Below, piece after piece: positions 1 to 7,582 of a stretch of 52,456 nt of DNA. The stretch is taken from positions 1 through 52,456 of IMG/VR virus record IMGVR_UViG_3300020411_002342; one strand, written 5' to 3'. Each line of letters begins with the position of its first letter. Position 1 is the first letter of the stretch. The position numbers and the translations under genes were made by a program. The notes under the pieces were generated by a model. That model searched no databases. It had not been told where the DNA came from and saw only the letters and a list, made by a program, of their open reading frames with translations. This DNA comes from a virus. Taxonomy: Duplodnaviria > Caudoviricetes.

Positions 1-37
1 CCCACTCTCTCACTTTTTTTATATATTATTGAATCAC

Positions 38-415
38 ATGTCAACACATTCACGAATTGGTTTAAAATTAAAAGATGATAGCGTTTTATCAGTCTATCAT
101 CATTATGATGGTTATCCTGAGTGGTTAGGTGTTACTCTTAATAAAAAGTTTAACACTTTTGACAAGGTTGCTGAATTACTTGATGGTGGAGACATTTCAT
201 CCTGTGATTCTGATACTAATTGGAAACGTGAAAAGGTTGACAATCATGTTTTATATTACAATGATAATGGAGAGAAGACTGAACCAAGACTAGATACTAA
301 TATTGAAGACTATCTTGATAATGGTGAGGAATTTGCTTATCTATTTGAAGATAATCAATGGGTATGTTATGATTTACATTATGATACACCTAAAAATGTT
401 CCAATACCTGTTTAA
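38..415 (+). CDS. Conserved phage hypothetical protein (YHHYDGYP motif)
   Basis: ORF track 29..415. ATG at 38 preferred over TTG at 29. Protein-like composition. Confidence 0.75.
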   Translation: MSTHSRIGLKLKDDSVLSVYHHYDGYPEWLGVTLNKKFNTFDKVAELLDGGDISSCDSDTNWKREKVDNHVLYYNDNGEKTEPRLDTNIEDYLDNGEEFAYLFEDNQWVCYDLHYDTPKNVPIPV

Positions 416-416
416 T

Positions 417-641
417 ATGTTTGAAAAAAAAGTTAAACTTAATGGTTATGAAATTGGAGTGTTGTTATCAGCACTCCGATCTCTTTCTACATCTGATAGA
501 TTATTAATATCAAATGAATATGGAAGTGTAAGAGCAATTTATGATAGATTAGAGGAGGTTTATAAAGAGTTAGATACTACTAAGATAGATAGAGAGATAC
601 TTGAATCTTATAATACGAAGTGTGAATCACCATCGTACTAA
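417..641 (+). CDS. Hypothetical protein (74 aa)
   Basis: Trimmed from track ORF 303..641 to the ATG at 417, 1 nt after the upstream stop. Confidence 0.65.
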   Translation: MFEKKVKLNGYEIGVLLSALRSLSTSDRLLISNEYGSVRAIYDRLEEVYKELDTTKIDREILESYNTKCESPSY

Positions 642-670
642 TTGCAGGTTTTTTAAACTTGTGATATGAT
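642..670 (+). promoter_or_regulatory. sigma70-like early promoter
   Basis: TTGCAG(642-647)-N17-TATGAT(665-670) with extended -10 TG. Confidence 0.6.
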
Positions 671-690
671 AACCTTAGTTACTAATTCCC

Positions 691-882
691 ATGACTGAAC
701 CTGATCGTAAACTTCAAACTCAAGAAAATTGTATTAGTAAATTAGAGTCATTTTATATTGATAGAATGACTAAACTTGTAGATCAAAATAAGATACCTGA
801 GTCTATGTCAATATTTGAGGAGTTTGTAGTTGACCATCAGGAACCAGAAGAGTGGTTATTTATTGGAGAGATTGAAGAATGA
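691..882 (+). CDS. Hypothetical acidic protein
   Basis: ORF track. ATGA overlap with the next gene. Confidence 0.7.
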   Translation: MTEPDRKLQTQENCISKLESFYIDRMTKLVDQNKIPESMSIFEEFVVDHQEPEEWLFIGEIEE

Positions 883-1898
883 CAACTGCCTTAATTACTG
901 GAGGTGCTGGGTTTATTGCTCATCATCTTATTGCCCGTATATTAACACAGACAGACTGGAATGTAGTTACACTTGATAGACTTGATTATAGTGGTAATCT
1001 CAACCGTCTCAATGATATTTTAGAGTATGAATGTACGCCAGAAGAAAGAAAGAGAGTTAAGGTAGTATTTCACGATCTAAAAGCAGAATTAAACCCACTT
1101 GTCCGAAGAGAAGTGGGTAAAGTTGATTACATTTTACATCTTGCTGCCAGTTCTCATGTAGATCGTAGTATAGATTATCCGATGGAATTTGTATTGGATA
1201 ATGTAGTCGGTACATGTAATATCTTGGAGTTTGCGAGATCTCTTGATGGACTTACGAGATTCTTATATTTTGGAACTGATGAAGTTTTCGGACCTGCCCC
1301 TGATGGGATTAAATATTCTGAATTAGATAGATATAATTCTACTAATCCTTATTCAGCAACTAAAGCAGGTGGTGAAGAATTAGCAGTTGCTTATGAGAAT
1401 ACATACGGATTGCCCGTTTATATTACTCATACAATGAATGTATTTGGTGAACGACAACATCCCGAAAAATACATTCCATTGTGTATTAAAAAAGTACGAG
1501 ATGGAGAACGAGTTACAATTCATAGCGATTCTTCCCGTACAATTCCTGGTTCCCGTCACTATATTCATGCTGAAGATGTAGCAAATGCTGTGTTATTTCT
1601 TTTAGAAAAAGATAACATTAGTGAGAAGAATTGGGGTGGTCAAAAATGCCCTAAATTCAATATTGTAGGTTCCGAAGAACTTAATAACTTGCAATTAGCG
1701 AAAATAATTGCTCAATCACAAGGAAAAGAATTGAATTTTGAGTTAGTAGATTTTCATTCTTCCCGACCTGGACATGATTTAAGATATGCCCTTGATGGTA
1801 GCAAATTAGAAGAAATTGGATGGAAACCTGCTAAATCAGTGAAGCAAAGAATCTCTGAAGTTACACAATGGACTTTAAATAATGACCGCTGGTTATGA
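879..1898 (+). CDS. rmlB: dTDP-glucose 4,6-dehydratase-like NAD-dependent epimerase/dehydratase (extended SDR)
   Basis: TGGAGFIA Rossmann motif, HLAASSHVDRSI, TDEVFG, catalytic YSATK, RPGHDLRYALD. GGAG upstream. Confidence 0.9.
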   Translation: MTTALITGGAGFIAHHLIARILTQTDWNVVTLDRLDYSGNLNRLNDILEYECTPEERKRVKVVFHDLKAELNPLVRREVGKVDYILHLAASSHVDRSIDYPMEFVLDNVVGTCNILEFARSLDGLTRFLYFGTDEVFGPAPDGIKYSELDRYNSTNPYSATKAGGEELAVAYENTYGLPVYITHTMNVFGERQHPEKYIPLCIKKVRDGERVTIHSDSSRTIPGSRHYIHAEDVANAVLFLLEKDNISEKNWGGQKCPKFNIVGSEELNNLQLAKIIAQSQGKELNFELVDFHSSRPGHDLRYALDGSKLEEIGWKPAKSVKQRISEVTQWTLNNDRWL

Positions 1899-2217
1899 TC
1901 CTCAAGTTGGAGATTACGTCATTTGGGAGCGCCCTAATGGCGATTTTGAGGAAGGTTGGGTATATTTTAAATGTGATAAAGAACCACATAAAAAAGGATT
2001 TAGAGAAAATCCAAGATACTTAACAATAGAAACTGGTGTTAAACCTAAACCCTATTGTGAGTATTCAAAAAATGACCCACACAAAATGATTCATACATTA
2101 TTATTATGTTATGAAACACATTGGCATGAATTAAAGTACATTAAGAACCGAAGAGATAATGATAACAATGTTAGTACATATAAATCTCAAGAACATAGAG
2201 ATTCAGATTTATACTAA
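1882..2217 (+). CDS. Hypothetical protein
   Basis: ORF track. Short overlap with the upstream stop. Confidence 0.7.
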   Translation: MTAGYDPQVGDYVIWERPNGDFEEGWVYFKCDKEPHKKGFRENPRYLTIETGVKPKPYCEYSKNDPHKMIHTLLLCYETHWHELKYIKNRRDNDNNVSTYKSQEHRDSDLY

Positions 2218-2260
2218 CATTTAAAATGGTATATTGAAAAAAACATCAAGTCAACAGATA

Positions 2261-2332
2261 GTGGACACTTTATAAAGTGTCTACTTTTTTCCCATTTTAC
2301 CTCAAAATCGTATATTATATAAGAGTAAACAA
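2261..2332 (+). promoter_or_regulatory. Early promoter module 1 (palindromic box + -10)
   Basis: GTGGACACTTT-AT-AAAGTGTCTAC (2261-2284), TATATT at 2311, GTAAACAA at 2325. Confidence 0.7.
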
Positions 2333-2346
2333 ATTTACATTAGTTT

Positions 2347-2745
2347 ATGACACAAACTCTTGAGCAAATCGCTTCAGAAAAAGAAGTAACAGTGGATCAA
2401 ATTCTACCTCTTGATGTTAGAATTCTCAACTGGACTCAAACCTTATGTATATGTTTACAAGACCAATATAGGTCAGTTTATCCTGATTCTTTCATGGACA
2501 AAAAATTTGTTATTGTAAAAGGTAACAGATATTATAAAATTGTCATGGAAGATTTGGATGATGAAGGTAACACATATTCATCAAGTGTTCATGCTTTTGT
2601 TGATAAAAAAACTGGTGAAGTTTATAAACCTGCCAGTTGGAAATCACCAGCAAAACATGTTAGATATGACATGAGAATTATAACAGAAAGAGAGTATATA
2701 TTTAATAACTGTGACTGGGCAGGTGGTTATCTCTATATGAGATAA
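2347..2745 (+). CDS. Conserved phage hypothetical protein (VHAFVDKKTGEVYKPASWKSPAKHVRY motif)
   Basis: ORF track. First gene after promoter module 1. Confidence 0.8.
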   Translation: MTQTLEQIASEKEVTVDQILPLDVRILNWTQTLCICLQDQYRSVYPDSFMDKKFVIVKGNRYYKIVMEDLDDEGNTYSSSVHAFVDKKTGEVYKPASWKSPAKHVRYDMRIITEREYIFNNCDWAGGYLYMR

Positions 2746-2780
2746 TCATCTTCTTTATTGTAACATAACGAGGATTAAAC

Positions 2781-2969
2781 ATGACAACTAAAACATTTAA
2801 TCAACTTGATTTGTTATCAGATTGTTTAGAAGATTTCTGTACTAAACATCATTTAGAGTTCATAAGTGCAGATGATTTATTATATGGAAGTTATGATAAA
2901 TTAACAAATTACCAGAAAGATTGGTTGAGAAACTATATCGAAGTCTGGGACATTATTGTAAACTATTAA
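2781..2969 (+). CDS. Hypothetical protein
   Basis: ORF track. GAGGA RBS upstream. Confidence 0.7.
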   Translation: MTTKTFNQLDLLSDCLEDFCTKHHLEFISADDLLYGSYDKLTNYQKDWLRNYIEVWDIIVNY

Positions 2970-2981
2970 GGAGAATTTATC

Positions 2982-3209
2982 ATGTATTCAAGTGAAACAT
3001 TTGGAAGATTATTCTGGGTTGATGATAACTTCGATTTGAAATCATGTCCACAATTTGATAATGGGACTGGTGATTTTGATAATGAAGATTATGTATCAGA
3101 CTGGAACGATTTCGAGGGAGTAAATATGGATTTACTTCTTAAAATACACAAAACATGTATATTTAATAAACAAGACCATTACAATTCATTATCACTTCAG
3201 GGAGTTTAA
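2982..3209 (+). CDS. Hypothetical acidic protein
   Basis: ORF track. AAGGAG RBS upstream. Confidence 0.7.
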   Translation: MYSSETFGRLFWVDDNFDLKSCPQFDNGTGDFDNEDYVSDWNDFEGVNMDLLLKIHKTCIFNKQDHYNSLSLQGV

Positions 3210-3213
3210 TCTT

Positions 3214-3471
3214 ATGAACAATTTAACAGAATTTATAGAATATGTCTGGTCATTTTATGCACCACATAGTGATCTTTATCCTATTAAAGGTTTAATTAAA
3301 CAAGACATTTATGATGCTTTTGTTGTATATCGTAAGAGAATACAAGCAGCAGAAAGTAATAACGGAAGATGGTTTAATGTATCATATAGTTGGGGTGGTG
3401 GTGATAGTTTAGATCGAGAAAGAGTAAGAGATATTATACTTGAGAAACCACAATTTACATTTGGAGGATAA
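3214..3471 (+). CDS. Hypothetical protein (WGGGDSLDRERVRD motif)
   Basis: ORF track. GGGAG RBS upstream. Confidence 0.75.
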   Translation: MNNLTEFIEYVWSFYAPHSDLYPIKGLIKQDIYDAFVVYRKRIQAAESNNGRWFNVSYSWGGGDSLDRERVRDIILEKPQFTFGG

Positions 3472-3472
3472 T

Positions 3473-3553
3473 ATGTTACAAATTATAACAATAATAACTA
3501 TAGTTGTAATTGCAACTACATTAATTATACTTAACGTCTACAATCCTCATTAA
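3473..3553 (+). CDS. 26-aa single-pass membrane microprotein
   Basis: Manual translation MLQIITIITIVVIATTLIILNVYNPH. GGAGG at 3463-3467. Fills the gap between neighbours. Not in track. Confidence 0.65.
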   Translation: MLQIITIITIVVIATTLIILNVYNPH

Positions 3554-3555
3554 TT

Positions 3556-3969
3556 ATGACAAAAAAACCCTTTATTTCCAACATTGAGGAAGATTTAAAT
3601 CGTCCTCACAAAGTAACATTAACTGAAGGTCAAATCTCTACAATTCTTTATGTTTTGGAGGGATATATTGAAGGAAATGATGATTATCAACTTGATGACG
3701 ATTTTAATAGGGATATTAATAGTATTTTTAGTGAATTAGAGGGAGTTATTGATACATTTTATGAAAAAAATGATATTCAATGTCAATCAAATAACAAAGA
3801 CAATGTAACATATAGTGAGGTAGATTATGTGGAACAATGTATAACTGAGGGTCACGATTATAGAGATTGTGTTGATACATTAGTGGATAGTATGAAAACA
3901 AATAATGAAATTGCCAGACTAAAAACACAAGAAGTGGTCGAAAATAGAGTCAAAAGTAACATTTTGTAA
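3556..3969 (+). CDS. Hypothetical acidic protein
   Basis: ORF track. Confidence 0.7.
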   Translation: MTKKPFISNIEEDLNRPHKVTLTEGQISTILYVLEGYIEGNDDYQLDDDFNRDINSIFSELEGVIDTFYEKNDIQCQSNNKDNVTYSEVDYVEQCITEGHDYRDCVDTLVDSMKTNNEIARLKTQEVVENRVKSNIL

Positions 3970-3995
3970 ATACAAATATACTAAATAAACATTAG

Positions 3996-4030
3996 CGACA
4001 CTTGACTAAAGTGTCGTTAGTGAGTATAAT
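3996..4030 (+). promoter_or_regulatory. sigma70 promoter with -35 inside a palindromic box (module 2)
   Basis: TTGACT(4002-4007)-N17-TATAAT(4025-4030). Inverted repeat CGACACTT-GACTA-AAGTGTCG (3996-4016). Confidence 0.8.
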
Positions 4031-4055
4031 TTAAGGTAACATCTTTCTTCTTCTT

Positions 4056-4229
4056 ATGTACCCCACTCACCTTCAAAAAACTAAATACAGAGTCACTCTT
4101 GATTTTGACGTTTTTGAGGATTTTGATCCTTATAATATTAACTTTAACAAGTTATTTGAGATAGAGGGAGAAGAGAAATTAGATGTTTATATTGAAAAAG
4201 AGGAGTACGAATTTAACGATATTTGGTAA
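4056..4229 (+). CDS. Hypothetical protein (57 aa)
   Basis: Manual translation MYPTHLQKTKYRVTLDFDVFEDFDPYNINFNKLFEIEGEEKLDVYIEKEEYEFNDIW. Directly downstream of a strong promoter. Not in track. Confidence 0.7.
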   Translation: MYPTHLQKTKYRVTLDFDVFEDFDPYNINFNKLFEIEGEEKLDVYIEKEEYEFNDIW

Positions 4230-4331
4230 CATTTAGAGAGGGTAAAAGGTCAAAATGTTATATATAACTCTGTAGGAGTTTAACGGGATAAAGTATAAAC
4301 AAGTCAAGAATAAAGAGAAACATCGGACGGA

Positions 4332-4423
4332 GTGACACTTTATAAACTGGACTTTTTTGTTTCAGTTTGTTACAAAACCCCCTTTTGGGGGTTTTTTTAT
4401 GTGTATAATATGGGAGTAAACAA
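4332..4423 (+). promoter_or_regulatory. Early promoter module 3 (box + GC hairpin/T-tract + -10)
   Basis: GTGACACTTTATAAACTGGAC (4332-4352), hairpin AAAACCCCC-TTTT-GGGGGTTTT (4374-4395), TATAAT at 4404, GTAAACAA at 4416. Confidence 0.75.
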
Positions 4424-4438
4424 ACGAACTTCGTTTTT

Positions 4439-4828
4439 ATGCCAGTTAAGTCTTCAACCTCTTCAAATACAACAACCCGTAAGAGAAGAACCCGTAAGAC
4501 CTCAACAACTCCAAGAAAGTCTGCATCTAAAGTTGCTACAACTGCAAAGAAAGTTGCAACCAAATCTGAACTAAAACCAGAGGAAGTTGCCTTCGGTTTG
4601 AGCGAAGTAGAACTAAAACAAGTTGAAAAACTTGTTAAGGAGTCACCCAAAACTACACAACCTAAAGTAACAAAAAAGGTTGTGAAAGTACAACCCAAAG
4701 TAACAAAAAAGGTTGTAAATGTGAGTCCTAAGAGAAGCATACTTGAATTAAATGCCTTTGAGTTGTTATTACTTCCAATTCTATATTTGGAAGAGTTCAC
4801 TAAACAGTTATTGAGTGACACTTTCTAA
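4439..4828 (+). CDS. Basic Lys/Thr/Ser-rich low-complexity protein with hydrophobic C-terminal helix
   Basis: ORF track. RKRRTRKTSTTPRKSASK N-terminus, QPKVTKKVV twice, FELLLLPILYL near the C-terminus. Confidence 0.7.
   Translation: MPVKSSTSSNTTTRKRRTRKTSTTPRKSASKVATTAKKVATKSELKPEEVAFGLSEVELKQVEKLVKESPKTTQPKVTKKVVKVQPKVTKKVVNVSPKRSILELNAFELLLLPILYLEEFTKQLLSDTF
4657..4722 (+). repeat. 33-bp in-frame tandem duplication (2 copies)
   Basis: ACAACCTAAAGTAACAAAAAAGGTTGTGAAAGT followed by ACAACCCAAAGTAACAAAAAAGGTTGTAAATGT. Confidence 0.9.
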
Positions 4829-4871
4829 ACTGAACACTAAAACCCCTAACGGGGTTTTTTTATGTTATATT
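4815..4871 (+). promoter_or_regulatory. Early promoter module 4 (box + hairpin/T-tract + -10)
   Basis: GTGACACTTTCTAAACTGAACAC (4815-4837), AAAACCCC-TAAC-GGGGTTTT (4839-4858), TATATT at 4866. Confidence 0.75.
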
Positions 4872-4902
4872 AAAAATATAACACCACTATTTCATTATTT
4901 CC

Positions 4903-5088
4903 ATGTCTTATTATCAGTATAAAGTTAATTGTCCATCTGCACCTTTTGAGAATACAATGTTTAGAACATTGGATGAATGTTGGACATTATGTTTAGAATT
5001 ATCCGAAGAATATGGATATTCAGAAGTGCTATTTTGTGCATTAAATGGTAATCAAGTGCCTATGGGTTCTTATACTAATGGTCAGTAA
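4903..5088 (+). CDS. Hypothetical protein
   Basis: ORF track. First gene after module 4. Confidence 0.7.
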   Translation: MSYYQYKVNCPSAPFENTMFRTLDECWTLCLELSEEYGYSEVLFCALNGNQVPMGSYTNGQ

Positions 5089-5090
5089 AT

Positions 5091-5309
5091 ATGGATCTTA
5101 AGTTATACACAACTGGTCGTATTATTGGTTCATTCTTAATAGTAACTGCTTATTATGTTGTTTTACATGTAAGTGCATATATTGGTTCATTAATGTATCT
5201 AACTGCTAATGCAATTAGTCTTCCATTCTTTATAAAAACTAAGGGTTATGATGTGGTGGTTATGTTAACCTTTTTAATGATAATATCTCTCAGTAAAATT
5301 ATTAATTAG
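5091..5309 (+). CDS. Small multi-pass membrane protein
   Basis: ORF track. About three hydrophobic segments. Confidence 0.7.
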   Translation: MDLKLYTTGRIIGSFLIVTAYYVVLHVSAYIGSLMYLTANAISLPFFIKTKGYDVVVMLTFLMIISLSKIIN

Positions 5310-5312
5310 TCT

Positions 5313-5370
5313 GTGACAGTCAACAAAGTGTCCACTCTGACCCCTAAATGGGGTTTTTTCGTGGTATATT
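5313..5370 (+). promoter_or_regulatory. Early promoter module 5 (box + hairpin/T-tract + extended -10)
   Basis: GTGACAGTCAACAAAGTGTCCAC (5313-5335), ACCCC-TAAAT-GGGGT then T-tract, TGGTATATT (5362-5370). Confidence 0.75.
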
Positions 5371-5424
5371 AAAAGAGTGGAAGAGGTTCCCACCTTACCA
5401 CACACTTTTTAAGTCATTTTGCTT

Positions 5425-5610
5425 ATGTTTCTTCAAATGGATTACAACTCAAAAGAGAAAGAATTGATCCGTAATTTCTTCTCTGATGATGAATGGAATG
5501 CCATTGATTCTGCTCTTGCTGATTATCAAGATTATGGTGACAAAGAGAGTGAGTTAATGTCAACTATTGGTCAAAAAATGTATGACTTGTTTAACACTCA
5601 AACCAGTTAA
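5425..5610 (+). CDS. Hypothetical protein
   Basis: Track ORF 5419..5610. ATG at 5425 or 5437; start uncertain. Confidence 0.65.
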   Translation: MFLQMDYNSKEKELIRNFFSDDEWNAIDSALADYQDYGDKESELMSTIGQKMYDLFNTQTS

Positions 5611-5672
5611 ATAAGTGTCACAACCTCACTTGTGTGGGGTTGTTTTATGTCTTATAATAACATTGTAAACAA
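5601..5672 (+). promoter_or_regulatory. Early promoter module 6 (box + hairpin + -10)
   Basis: AACCAGTTAAATAAGTGTCAC (5601-5621), hairpin ACAACCTCAC-TTGT-GTGGGGTTGT (5620-5643), TATAAT at 5653, GTAAACAA at 5665. Confidence 0.75.
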
Positions 5673-5698
5673 CCAAACTATTCAACGGAGTTTCTAAC

Positions 5699-6037
5699 AT
5701 GAGAAAAATTGAATCACAAATGAATAGAGCAGTTGTTAACAGAAACAACTGGTCTAATTCTAATACTCAAGTTGTATACAATGAGAGTACAAATTGCAGT
5801 CAAGTTTATCTACATGGACATAATATTGCCACTGTAGATCATAACACAAATGCAGTCAAATTGTCATCTTGTGGTTATCAAACTAACACCACAAAATCAC
5901 GTTTAAATGCTTTACTTAGTGAAGTAAAGTATGGGTGTAGAGTATTTCAAAAAAATTGGGATTGGTATCTACAACGTAACAATCAGACTGTTGATTTTAC
6001 CGATGGAATGATATTACTTGATGGAGGAATTGTATAA
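5699..6037 (+). CDS. Conserved phage hypothetical protein (MRKIE...VYLHGHNIA...TTKSRLNALL)
   Basis: ORF track. CGGAG RBS upstream. Confidence 0.8.
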   Translation: MRKIESQMNRAVVNRNNWSNSNTQVVYNESTNCSQVYLHGHNIATVDHNTNAVKLSSCGYQTNTTKSRLNALLSEVKYGCRVFQKNWDWYLQRNNQTVDFTDGMILLDGGIV

Positions 6038-6282
6038 TGGAACTAACAAGTAAGGACGGAAATATGGTTGTTGATTTCTATCCTGTAAAGGACTGGAATA
6101 ACAATCTTATTCACAATCGTATTCTCAAAGTATTATCTTTCAGAGGAGATCAACAGAAGAAAATGATAATTAGTAGAGACGAGTTTTATTATCAAGTAAG
6201 AGAATATATTAAGGATTGTAAGTATAATATAACTTCAGAATATATGCCAGCACAATTTGTAACTTTTGGAGGTTTAATTTGA
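6037..6282 (+). CDS. Hypothetical protein
   Basis: ORF track. TAATG coupling, GGAGG upstream. Confidence 0.75.
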   Translation: MELTSKDGNMVVDFYPVKDWNNNLIHNRILKVLSFRGDQQKKMIISRDEFYYQVREYIKDCKYNITSEYMPAQFVTFGGLI

Positions 6283-6425
6283 TGACTAAGTTAACAAAAA
6301 AGAAGAAACAATCTCTTGAAGATGAGATTTATTACTTACAAACTGAACGTCTTAATTGTTTAAAAGATGCAAGAGATATGGAAAGACAAATTAAAGAATT
6401 AAACTGTATACTACAGGGAGGTTAA
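6282..6425 (+). CDS. Small coiled-coil-like protein (47 aa)
   Basis: Manual translation MTKLTKKKKQSLEDEIYYLQTERLNCLKDARDMERQIKELNCILQGG. GGAGG RBS, TGATG coupling. Not in track. Confidence 0.65.
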   Translation: MTKLTKKKKQSLEDEIYYLQTERLNCLKDARDMERQIKELNCILQGG

Positions 6426-6430
6426 TAACA

Positions 6431-6583
6431 ATGAAAGTATCAAAATTAACATCAACAAAGTATCAACAACCGAACAATTCTGGTTATAGTTCACTTATAA
6501 AGATTAACCTTGTTAATGATATACAAGAAGAAAAAGAAGGACAATATTGTTATAAACCATATCGTACTATTCACAACTATTAA
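6431..6583 (+). CDS. Hypothetical protein (50 aa)
   Basis: Manual translation MKVSKLTSTKYQ...YKPYRTIHNY. GGAGG RBS. Not in track. Confidence 0.6.
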   Translation: MKVSKLTSTKYQQPNNSGYSSLIKINLVNDIQEEKEGQYCYKPYRTIHNY

Positions 6584-6598
6584 GGAGGTAATTTCATC

Positions 6599-6727
6599 AT
6601 GTCAGTATTACATCACGAATCACTACTTGAAACTTTATATGAAGAAGTTTGCGAGGAGTTTCCCTCATATAGTGAGGAACAATGCGAGACTATTGCTAAA
6701 CAAAGATTTGAGGATTTATGTCAATGA
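6599..6727 (+). CDS. Small acidic protein (42 aa)
   Basis: Manual translation MSVLHHESLLETLYEEVCEEFPSYSEEQCETIAKQRFEDLCQ. AAGGAGG RBS, ATGA overlap with the next gene. Not in track. Confidence 0.7.
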   Translation: MSVLHHESLLETLYEEVCEEFPSYSEEQCETIAKQRFEDLCQ

Positions 6728-6933
6728 GTAATAAAAGATCTGACATATTACGACAGTATTTGAGCAACATACACGAAGCATTTCCTGAGAGATGTGTAGC
6801 AAATGATGATCAATTACTGGATTTTAAAATTAAGTTAAGAGATCTAATTGAAGAACTTGATTATAATATAGACATTGCAGATTGTCTTTCTATGTTACAT
6901 GAATCCTTTGAAGATTTAGAGATGTATAATTGA
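6724..6933 (+). CDS. Hypothetical protein
   Basis: Track ORF 6718..6933. ATG at 6724 gives an ATGA overlap and fits the GAGGA RBS. Confidence 0.65.
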   Translation: MSNKRSDILRQYLSNIHEAFPERCVANDDQLLDFKIKLRDLIEELDYNIDIADCLSMLHESFEDLEMYN

Positions 6934-6936
6934 ACA

Positions 6937-6956
6937 ATTCGGAGATATTCGGAGAT
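6937..6956 (+). repeat. 10-bp direct repeat ATTCGGAGAT x2
   Basis: Perfect tandem in the intergenic gap. Confidence 0.8.
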
Positions 6957-6997
6957 TGCCCGCTTATTTTTAAACCCTCTATTTTCCCTTCTTAATT

Positions 6998-7165
6998 ATG
7001 AACAACTCAATCGAATCTGAAGCAATTAAAGTGCTCGAATGTCTGGAAGATTCAGTCGAGTATTTGTGTGATAGTGAACAATTATCTGGTGAGAAAGTGT
7101 GGACAATGATTTACGGATTAGCGGACTATAAGTTATCACAATTCCCTGTAACTTTGGAGGATTAA
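6998..7165 (+). CDS. Hypothetical protein (55 aa)
   Basis: Manual translation MNNSIESEAIKVLECLEDSVEYLCDSEQLSGEKVWTMIYGLADYKLSQFPVTLED. Not in track. Confidence 0.65.
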   Translation: MNNSIESEAIKVLECLEDSVEYLCDSEQLSGEKVWTMIYGLADYKLSQFPVTLED

Positions 7166-7330
7166 ATGACACAAACTGTATCCAAATTCACCAGAGCAGG
7201 TTATAACGGAAAAGAGATAATCTGTCCACAATGTTCACAAATTGCTACCGTATTTCACTTTAGTTGGAGCAACTTAGTGTGTAACAGTTGTAGAGAATCT
7301 GTGTGTAAATATGACTGGAGGTTAGTATAA
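7166..7330 (+). CDS. Zinc-ribbon-like microprotein (54 aa)
   Basis: Manual translation with CPQC-x15-CNSC. GGAGG RBS. Not in track. Confidence 0.7.
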   Translation: MTQTVSKFTRAGYNGKEIICPQCSQIATVFHFSWSNLVCNSCRESVCKYDWRLV

Positions 7331-7389
7331 ACAATGGTGTTAAATATTGTAGACATTATTGTTAATGAATATCCGAACAGATTATAACA

Positions 7390-7557
7390 ATGAAACAGTA
7401 CAGATTAACCTCTTCTAAAGTAACACATTACATTGCATTTATAGAAGCAGAAAGTGATATTGATGCTTACAATATTGCAACCAAAAATGATAACATTGAA
7501 TGGAAATTACTTGATGAAGATGATATCGACATATATGAAATTGATGCAGTAGATTAA
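7390..7557 (+). CDS. Small acidic protein (55 aa)
   Basis: Manual translation MKQYRLTSSKVTHYIAFIEAESDIDAY...EIDAVD. Not in track. Confidence 0.6.
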   Translation: MKQYRLTSSKVTHYIAFIEAESDIDAYNIATKNDNIEWKLLDEDDIDIYEIDAVD

Positions 7558-7582
7558 CACTTATTCCAATGCAATTACTACC

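Noticed and set aside
303-416. 5' extension of track ORF 303..641
   Set aside because: Overlaps the 38..415 gene. The ATG at 417 gives a clean junction.
4258-4821. 187-aa minus-strand ORF and + ORF 4332..4574
   Set aside because: Shadows of the low-complexity 4439 gene. They run through promoter modules and lack an RBS.
2261-5672. Repeated boxes as a CRISPR array or integron attC array
   Set aside because: Repeats are degenerate, irregularly spaced and separated by whole genes. No cas or integrase gene in the window and no attC core sites recognised.
6510-6731. Track ORF of 73 aa
   Set aside because: TTG start. It conflicts with two better ORFs (6431..6583 and 6599..6727) that have strong RBSs and coupling.
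7334-7387. 17-codon ORF MVLNIVDIIVNEYPNRL
   Set aside because: Too short to support from sequence alone, although GGAGG lies upstream.
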